Shown in pieces: positions 55,047 through 64,000 of a DNA stretch of 64,000 nucleotides. The position numbers were made by a program, and so were the translations under genes. The notes beneath the pieces are model-generated. The model did no database searches, was not told the DNA's origin, and saw nothing but the letters and a program-made list of their open reading frames with translations. Source of the DNA: Octopus vulgaris (Eukaryota); the NCBI GenBank assembly GCA_951406725.2, contig OX597833.1, positions 16,120,001 to 16,184,000 on the forward strand, written 5' to 3'. Every line of letters starts with the position of its first letter. Position 1 is the first letter of the stretch.

Positions 55047-55221
55047 GGCGTAGGAGTGGCTGTGTGGTAAGTAGCTTGCTTACGAACCACATGGTTCCGG
55101 GTTCAGTTCGACTGCGTGGTACCTTGGGCAAGTGTCTTCTACTATAGCCTCCGGCCGACCAATGACTTGTGAGTGGATTTGGTAGACGGAAACTGAAAGA
55201 AACCCGTCGTATATATGTATG

Positions 55222-55257
<36 letters not shown>

Positions 55258-55915
55258 TGTGTGTATGTGTATGAAAAGAAATAACTAACTAGGCAGAGGA
55301 GTGGCTGTGTGGTAAGTATCTTGCTTACCAACCACATGGTTCTGGGTTCAGTCCCACTGCGTGGTACCTTGGGCAAGTGTCTTCTACTATAGCCTCGGGT
55401 CGACCAAAGCCTTGTGAGTGTATTTGGTAGACGGAAACTGAAAGAAGCCCGTCGTATATATGTATATGTATATATGAATGTGTGTGTGTGTGTATGAAAA
55501 GAAATAACTAACTAGGCAGAGGAGTGGCTGTGTGGTAAGTATCTTGCTTACCAACCACATGGTTCTGGGTTCAGTCCCACTGCGTGGCACCTTGGGCAAG
55601 TGTCTTCTACTATAGCCTCGGGTCGACCAAAGCCTTGTGAGTGGATTTGGGAGACGGAAACTGAAAAGAAGCCCGTCGTATATATATGTGTGTGTGTGTA
55701 TGTGTGTGTGTGTTTGTGCGTCCGTGTTTGTCTCCCCAACCTCGCTTGACAACCGATGCTGCTGTGTTTACGTTCCCGTAACTTAGCGGTTCGGCAAAAG
55801 AGATACCGATTGAATAAGTACTAGGCTTACAAAGAATAAATCGATTTGCTCGACGAAAGGCGGTGCTCCAGCATGGCCGCAGTCAAATGACTGAAACAAG
55901 TAAAAGAGTAAAGAG
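55047..55915 (+). mobile_element. SINE-A with its 5' half present three times in tandem
   Basis: Heads at about 55047, 55291 and 55515; the junction gaaaagaaataactaactaggcagaggag is repeated. Confidence 0.85.
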
Positions 55916-56459
55916 GGTAACAGGAAACTCAACAGACAAGCGATATGCTTGAGAAGAGAAGCGAGTGCCTGGGAAGGGAGACAATTATTAGCAGCGATGG
56001 TAGTAAGATATGAATTAAACGTGTTCCTGTAATTTCTCAACCGTTTCATATAAAAGCATTGAATATTTTTTCAGTGAAAGAGATGTGTGGAAATTTTGGT
56101 CTATTGGAACTAAATTTCTGATCTATACTGATTCGAATTTCGAAGACAGCTTTTAAAGCAGCTTCTAATACTTGTATTGGTATGGAATTGCAAAACTAAA
56201 ATCACTCCATAAAAAAAAAAGTGAAAAAAATGTGGATTGCAATTTAGTTCTTGGTTGACCTTTGCAGTAAATTTTATTTCTCGTCGGAATGTAGTGTTTC
56301 TCACGCTCAAAACTTGTACTTCGTATAATTCAGAGTCTTTTAGGCATGGCAACAGAGAGAGAAACAACATTGCACTAACATGGGTTGATATTCTTATAGT
56401 TGTCATTTACCGACAGAGCTACATAAGCAAGTATACCAAGGACCATATATGCATGGACC

Positions 56460-58530
56460 TATGAATGTATGTATGTATGTATGTATGTATGTATGTATGT
56501 ATGTATGTATGTATGTATGTATGCATGTATGCATGTATGTATGTATGTATGTATGTATGTGTCTAGGTATGTGTGTATGTATGTATGTGTCTAGGTATGT
56601 ATGTATGTATGTATGTATGTATGTATGTATGTATGTATGTATGCATGTATGCATGAATGTATGTATGTATGTGTCTAGGTATGTGTGTATGTATGTATGT
56701 GTCTAGGTATGTATGTATGTATGTATGTATGCATGCATGTATGTATGTACGTATGTGTGTGTATGTATGTGTCTATGAATCTATGTGTCTATGTATGTGT
56801 GTATGTATGTATGTATGTATGTATGTATGTATGTATGTATGTATGTATGTATGTATGTGTCTAGGTATGTGTGTATGTATGTATGTATGTATGCATGCAT
56901 GTATGTATGTACGTATGTGTGTGTATGTATGTGTCTATGAATCTATGTGTCTATGTATGTGTGTATGTATGTATGTATGTATGTATGTATGTATGTATGT
57001 ATGCATGTATGCATGTATGTATGTATGTGTCTAGGTATGTGTGTATGTATGTATGTGTCTAGGTATGTATGTATGTATGTATGTATGTATGCATGCATGT
57101 ATGTATGTACGTATGTGTGTGTATGTATGTGTCTATGAATCTATGTGTCTATGTATGTGTGTATGTATGTATGTGTATGTATGTATGTATGTATGTATGT
57201 ATGTATGCATGTATGCATGTATGTATGTATGTATGTGTCTAGGTATGTGTGTATGTATGTATGTGTCTAGGTATGTATGTATGTATGTATGTATGTATGT
57301 ATGCATGCATGTATGTATGTACGTATGTGTGTGTATGTATGTGTCTATGAATCTATGTGTCTATGTATGTGTGTATGTATGTATGTATGTATGTATGTAT
57401 GTATGTATGTATGTATGTATGTATGTATGTATGTATGTGTCTAGGTATGTGTGTATGTATGTATGTGTCTAGGTATGTATGTATGTATGTATGTATGTAT
57501 GCATGCATGTATGTATGTACGTATGTGTGTGTATGTATGTGTCTATGAATCTATGTGTCTATGTATGTGTGTATGTATGTATGTATGTATGTATGTATGT
57601 ATGTATGCATGTATGCATGTATGTATGTATGTATGTGTCTAGGTATGTGTGTATGTATGTATGTGTCTAGGTATGTATGTATGTATGTATGTATGTATGC
57701 ATGCATGTATGTATGTACGTATGTGTGTGTATGTATGTGTCTATGAATCTATGTGTCTATGTATGTGTGTATGTATGTATGTATGTATGTATGTATGCGT
57801 GTATGTATGCATGTATGCATGAATGTATGTATGTATGTGTCTAGGTATGTGTGTATGTATGTATGTGTCTAGGTATGTATGTATGTATGTATGTATGTAT
57901 GCATGCATGTATGTATGTACGTATGTGTGTGTATGTATGTGTCTATGAATCTATGTGTCTATGTATGTGTGTATGTATGTATGTATGTATGTATGTATGT
58001 ATGCATGTATGCATGAATGTATGTATGTATGTGTCTAGGTATGTGTGTATGTATGTATGTGTCTAGGTATGTATGTATGTATGTATGTATGCATGCATGT
58101 ATGTATGTACGTATGTGTGTGTATGTATGTGTCTATGAATCTATGTGTCTATGTATGTGTGTATGTATGTATGTATGTATGTATGTATGTATGCATGTAT
58201 GCATGTATGTATGTATGTATGTGTCTAGGTATGTGTGTATGTATGTATGTGTCTAGGTATGTATGTATGTATGTATGTATGTATGTATGCATGCATGTAT
58301 GTATGTACGTATGTGTGTGTATGTATGTGTCTATGAATCTATGTGTCTATGTATGTGTGTATGTATGTATGTATGTATGTATGTATGCGTGTATGTATGT
58401 ATGTGTGTGTGTATGTATGTGCATGTGTCTATGAATCTATGTGTCTATGTATGTGTGTATGTATGTATGTGTGCATGTATGTATGTGTGTATGTTTGTGT
58501 GTATGTATGTATGTGTCTATGTATGTATAT
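56460..58530. repeat. (ATGT)n array with a higher-order unit of about 200 bp
   Basis: Marker ctatgaatctatgtgtct occurs about 10 times, mostly at 190-210 bp spacing. Confidence 0.9.
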
Positions 58531-58549
58531 ACTATCTATGTATCTGTGT

Positions 58550-58623
58550 ATACACACACACACACATATATATAAATAAATGTACACCTTCATACACACA
58601 CATACACACAAACACACACACAA

Positions 58624-58676
<53 letters not shown>

Positions 58677-58859
58677 GATTTCTAAAGCAATATTCACGAT
58701 AATCCACAATTTTTGAAAAATTTTTTTAAAAAGCATTGAAAAACGTATGAGAAATACTAAAAAGTGTGTCTTGATCTTCTGAACATTTTCTGAATATTTA
58801 TTAATATATAAAAATATGCACACCACAACAAAAAAAATCCATCTATCCATCCACGCATG

Positions 58860-58948
<89 letters not shown>

Positions 58949-59182
58949 ACACACACATGCACACACACACATGCACACACACATACACACATCACACATG
59001 CACACACACACATGCACACACACATACACACACATACACACATGCACACACACACATACACACACACACATACACACATGCACACACACACACACACACA
59101 CATACACACATACACGCACATACACGCACACACACACGCATACACACACACACACATGCACACATACATACACACATGCACA
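58550..59182. repeat. (CA)n tracts
   Basis: Seen directly. Confidence 0.9.
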
Positions 59183-59510
59183 TCAGTAAAGTAACGAGTA
59201 TTGAAAACAGAGAGCTTATGTCAATAAGAAAAAGGCTAAGTAACATAGATAGAGAGAGAGATGAAATAAAATAAAATAAAAATAAAATACACACAAAAAA
59301 AAGAGAAAATACAACAAAATGTCGAATACGAGGTGGTATTAGGAGGTTTCATTTTGTGCAATCATTTTTATAGATATAATAGTCTGGAAAGTTCTAAAAG
59401 TTCATGGCTACAAAAAAAGTTTATGGATATAAAAATTTAAGGAAAAAAGAGGAGATTTATGGATCTAGAAGTAGATAACTAAATAGACATACGGACAAAT
59501 ATATGGGTCA

Positions 59511-59542
<32 letters not shown>

Positions 59543-59689
59543 GTGAAGCGATATGTTTCTCTATTAGCCACTCAGTGGCACCTTGGGCAAGTGTCTTCTA
59601 CTATAACCTCGGGCTGACCAAAGCCATGTGAGTGGATTTGGTAAACGGAAACTGAAAGAAGCCCGTCACACGCATTGAGTCGAAACAGG

Positions 59690-59902
59690 GGCAGCTGAAG
59701 AAGGGGAATTTTCCTAGTATTGTTTGTCTTGTACTTTGTTTTTTCGTTGTTAAAAAAGTCCGTTTCCTTGTTTGATTTTATGTTTTCGTTTCTCGTGTTC
59801 TACGTTTATTTGTGGTGTCCTGTACTCATATATGCATGTATATATACATATAGATGTAGGTATGTACATATATGTATGTATGCATATGTTTTATTTATTA
59901 AT
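59690..59902 (+). mobile_element. Unclassified TA-associated repeat (same family as 40943-41185)
   Basis: Internal homology to the reverse complement of 40943-41185. Confidence 0.55.
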
Positions 59903-59906
59903 TTGT

Positions 59907-59951
<45 letters not shown>

Positions 59952-59953
<2 letters not shown>

Positions 59954-60358
59954 CCTGTCAAAGGGCGGAGGAACTCTTAAGAGTCAACGGCCATCCAATA
60001 AACGTCTTAAGGATGTATCATGCGCGGGGACATAGAAATAATCGGACTGAATACCCGATCGTGCGGTTAAACCATTGGAAGTGAATGACTCCCAGCCTTT
60101 GTTAGGGCATCCTTCTAGGAGAAGGTAACTCAGGTAACTGGGATAACTCCGAAATAAGACCTGCGGCTCAGTGGTTACCGATGATGTTGACTTGTTCTTT
60201 TTTTCGGATTATGGCTGCTGTTGCTTAGTGAGTGAGATTGACTCAGTGCACAGCCTTTCCTTATTTAAAAAAAAATCTTCTTGCACATGCATTGCACGAT
60301 AACAACATTGATTAAGCTTCGTGCAATGGCCATACTCGATAACGAGGGGGTAGCCACC

Positions 60359-60360
<2 letters not shown>
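59952..60360 (+). mobile_element. Putative second bipartite RTE-derived non-autonomous element, inside (TA)n
   Basis: cctgtcaaagggcggaggaactc and gttagggcatccttctaggagaaggtaact resemble RTE 5'UTR motifs; (TA)n on both sides. Confidence 0.45.
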
Positions 60361-60437
<77 letters not shown>

Positions 60438-60714
60438 TGTGTGCGTGTGTGTGTGTGTGTATGCTGTGTTTGTGTGTATGTGTTTGTCCCCCCACTATCA
60501 CTTGACAACTGATGCTGGTGTGTTTATGTCTCCGTAACATAGCGGTTCGGCAAAAGAGACCGATAGAATAAGTACTAGGCTTACAAAGAATAAGTCCTGG
60601 GGTCGATATGCTCGACTAAAAGCGGTGCTCCAGCATGGCCACAGTCAAATGACTGAAACAAGTAGAAGAGTAAAAGAGTATACATACATGCATACTTACA
60701 TACATACATGTGGT

Positions 60715-61130
60715 GTGTGTTAGTATGTCTGTGATTGTCTCCTACCTGCTCCAGACAACCGTTGCTGGTGTGTTTATGTTCCCGTAACCTAGCGGTTCGA
60801 CAAAACAAAGTGACAGAACAACTAACAAGCTGTCCGAGGTCAGGACGCCATGATAGATCGTTAGCTCCTACACGCATTTTTTCTCTCCTTGTTTTTTTTC
60901 TGTGTATCTTTCTGTAGAAGAGCGTAGGCTCGAAACGTAAAAGACTTTTTCTATTCCTGAGCGCTATACTAATACATTTGTTTGTTTGTACTCCACCTGC
61001 CTTCGTCTTTTGTTTATTTTCGTAAACTTTCCCTTTAAAAAATAAGTAATGGTGTCGATTTGTCCGACAGAAATTCTTCAAAGGGATGCCTCCAGCATGG
61101 CCGCAGACTATTGACTAAAACGAGTAACAG
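60715..61130 (+). mobile_element. Diverged SINE-A 3' half interrupted by a hammerhead-bearing fragment (about 60822-61036)
   Basis: gacaaccgttgctggtgtg...ctccagcatggccgcag; the insert is homologous to 1138-1328. Confidence 0.65.
60907..60944 (+). ncRNA. Minimal type I hammerhead motif (A6U core variant)
   Basis: tcttt-CTGTAGAa-gagc gtag gctc-GAAA-cg-TA-aaaga; 5-bp stem I, 4-bp stem II, loopless ACGT helix III. Confidence 0.6.
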
Positions 61131-61400
61131 ATACAGGATAAAGTTACAGCTATAACTCTCACCCACATTTCTTACTCTCTCTTCCTAATTGAACCTCTCT
61201 ATCTCTCCACCTCTCCTTCAATATCTCCATGACCATCTTATGTCTTAGGATATTACTCTCCTGCCCTCTATTTCGCTTCCTCTCTGTTTATTCCCACCTC
61301 GTGCTTCCAAACATAGCCTCTATTGCCTTATTGATAATTTCGCTTATGTTAAAAGTGCAAAGATATAACAAAAAAATGTTAAATTTCAAACATTATCGTT

Positions 61401-62036
61401 TTGCAGCGTGGAAGGTGTTTGTAAGCCATTTAAGAAACACACAGAAGCCGTTCGATTCACTTCAACATTTAAGTTTTAATTTGACAAATTTTTTCGTCGC
61501 TTTAAGACCGCGACCTATTCACTGACGGTGATCTCATTCTCGCCCACAACATCATAAGCGGAAAGTGTAACCTCTCGAAAGAGCTGTTCTTCACTCCTGC
61601 TCCAGAGCGTCGGCTGCGGGGTCATTCCGAAAAGCTCTACCTGCGACGATTTCATCTCAATCGAAGGAGAGGAGCTTTCTCCGTCCGGGTTGCGGATCCG
61701 TGGAACAAGCTGCCAGACGAGATGGTGAAGATGCCGACGACCGCTTTGTTCAAAGCCTCCCTTGACCTCAAGTGGCCTGAACTCTCTACATGAACACCAC
61801 CCTGTACTTAACTCCATGTCCCCCTACATGGCCTTGCTATTTGCTTTTGAGCCAAATTAACTAACTAACTAACTAACTAACTAAAAAATCCATGCTGCAT
61901 CAGATGTTGAAGTGAATCGAACGGCTTTTGTGTGTTTCTTAAATGGCTTACAAACATTTTCCACGCTGCAATTGTTTTCGTTTCAGCGCACGATCTCAGA
62001 TCAAATCACTTGCTATGCAAGTACATCTCCGTAATT
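61401..62036. mobile_element. Foldback/MITE-like element with a CR1 inserted near its centre
   Basis: Inverted arms at about 61401-61468 and 61903-61971; the terminal segment matches 23705-23770 in reverse. Confidence 0.75.
61526..61884 (+). mobile_element. CR1-clade LINE 3' fragment
   Basis: GDLILAHNIISG...RLRGHSEKL...GAFSVRVADPWNKLPDEMV...FKASLD*(61793); 3'UTR and (TAAC)n tail; uninterrupted frame. Confidence 0.9.
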
Positions 62037-62551
62037 ATCGTCTTATATTTTAAAATATGTGCCTGACGCTTAAGTCTTGTACAGTTTCAAATCTATTATA
62101 TACGTGTTTTTGTTGATGTCCATTTTCTTTTTCGCAAATACGGCGGACATAGAGGCGAGCCACGTAACGCCTGTGAGCAGATAGATAGCTACTACATATA
62201 TGTGTGTGTGTGAATGTGTGTGTATGTGTGTGTGTGCATGCGCGTATGTATGTCTGTGCAGGTGTAGCTATCTACATACGAACACACATGTTGCTTATTT
62301 GTATGTCTGCCATATTTTCAGAAACCAGATTTATATTTACATATATATAAATTTATGTAAATCAGCAAATATACGTGTGCATGTATGTATGTATGTATGT
62401 GTGTATGTGTGCATGTATGTATGTATGTATGTATGTATGTATGTATGTATGTATGTATGTATGTATGTATGTATGTGTGTATGTATATATATATATATAT
62501 ATATGTATGTATATGTATATATATGTGTGTATATATGTATATGCATGTATG

Positions 62552-62582
<31 letters not shown>

Positions 62583-62652
62583 ATGTGTGTGTGTGTGTAT
62601 ATACATATGTATATATCTATATCTAACTATCTATCTATATATATACACACAC

Positions 62653-62708
<56 letters not shown>

Positions 62709-63296
62709 ATGTGTATATATGATATATGATATTATATTTTTTATCAACCCACGTATTTCACGCAACCCATATAAGTAAGACAGATATTTTCACATACAGA
62801 ACAACAACGTTTTAAAGTACAAGTTTTTTTATTATTATTTTCTCTGCGCTTTTACCTGAAAAAAGAAATTATCAGAATAGCAAAAGAGGTGATATGTGTG
62901 AACACGAAGGGCAGGGAGTTAGAGAGAAAGCAGAATAGAAGGCAAAACACACACACACACACGCACACACATACACTCACACACACATACACTCGCACAC
63001 ACACATGTATGTATGTATGTATGTATGTATGTATGTATGTATGTAGATTGAAACCTCAAAATATTTGGCATCACACGAAAAAAGAAGAAATTATTTTTCG
63101 AGCGATGTCTCATTTTTCATTTTGATATATATCCATCAGCTCAAGGAGGAGACACTTCCAGCCGCCTTCGATAGGCAGTCTCGTCACCATATTTTTCAGC
63201 AGATACAGCTCAAGCTGGAGTTTTAGTGGTAAACCAAACTGAGCACTCAATACACACATGTTACATCAGTTGACAAAAAATCTTTGTATATTCTCT

Positions 63297-64000
63297 ATGT
63301 ATGTATATATGTATGTACGAATGTATGTATGTATGTATGTATGTATGCATGCATGTATGTATGTATGCATGTATGTATACATGCATGTATGTATGTATGC
63401 ATGTATGTATGTATGTATGTATATATGTATGTATGTATGTATGCATGTATGTATGCATGTATGTATGCATGTATGCATGCATGCATGTATGTATGTATAT
63501 ATGTATGTATGCATGCATGCATGTATGTATGCAAGTATGTATGTATGTATATATATGTATGTATGTATGTATATATGTATGCATGTATGTATGCATGTAT
63601 ATGTATGTATGTATGTATGTATGCATGCATGTATGTATGCATGTATGTATGTATATATGCATGTATGTATGTATGCATGTATGTATGTATGTATGTATGC
63701 ATGTACGTATGCATGTATGTATGCATATATATATGTATGCATGCATATATATATATGTATTCATGTATGTATGGATGTGTGTATGCTTGTATGTATGTTT
63801 GTATCTATGTATGCATGTATGTATATATCTATGTATTACGTAAGTATGTATGCATATATGTATGTATATATGTATGTATGTATGCATGCATATATATATG
63901 TATGTATTCATGTATGTATGGATGTTTGTATATATGTATAGATGTGCGTATGTATGTATATATGTATGTATACATGTATGTATCTATGCATGCATGTATG
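63297..64000. repeat. (ATGT)n/(ATGC)n microsatellite
   Basis: Seen directly. Confidence 0.95.

Larger units (their letters stand above)
59574..60680 (+). mobile_element. SINE-A split by two nested insertions
   Basis: 5' part 59574-59667, 3' part about 60465-60680. Confidence 0.75.

Noticed and set aside
59675-59710. Hammerhead at gtcgaaacaggggcagctgaagaagggg
   Set aside because: GAAA and CUGAAGA are present but I could not build stems I-III or an NUH site.

Overview
AT-rich animal genomic DNA with no host gene exon I can support. The SINE families and the microsatellite load suggest an Octopus-type cephalopod intergenic or intronic region (inference, not searched). Almost every ORF in the six-frame track is a microsatellite read-through. 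The window contains three tRNA-derived SINE groups (working names A, B, C; about 40 copies), 5'-truncated or fragmented LINEs (R4/Dong, RTE, Tx1/L1, CR1), a Naiad-like Penelope element, Helitrons, a Tc1/mariner relic, a foldback element, a 95-bp satellite and very long microsatellites. The most notable observations are: (1) at least seven dispersed type I hammerhead ribozyme motifs in several unrelated Penelope-like fragments, two with a compensatory U3-A8 core; (2) a 44-nt ungapped match between the SINE-B tail and the 3' end of a Tx1 LINE that sits inside a (GATA)n array; (3) Dong elements flanked by (AAT)n; (4) a TSD-bounded bipartite non-autonomous RTE; (5) a satellite that appears to derive from SINE-B; (6) a Helitron carrying 92 bp identical to the neighbouring Penelope RT. 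All alignments, folds and translations were done by eye, and element boundaries are approximate.
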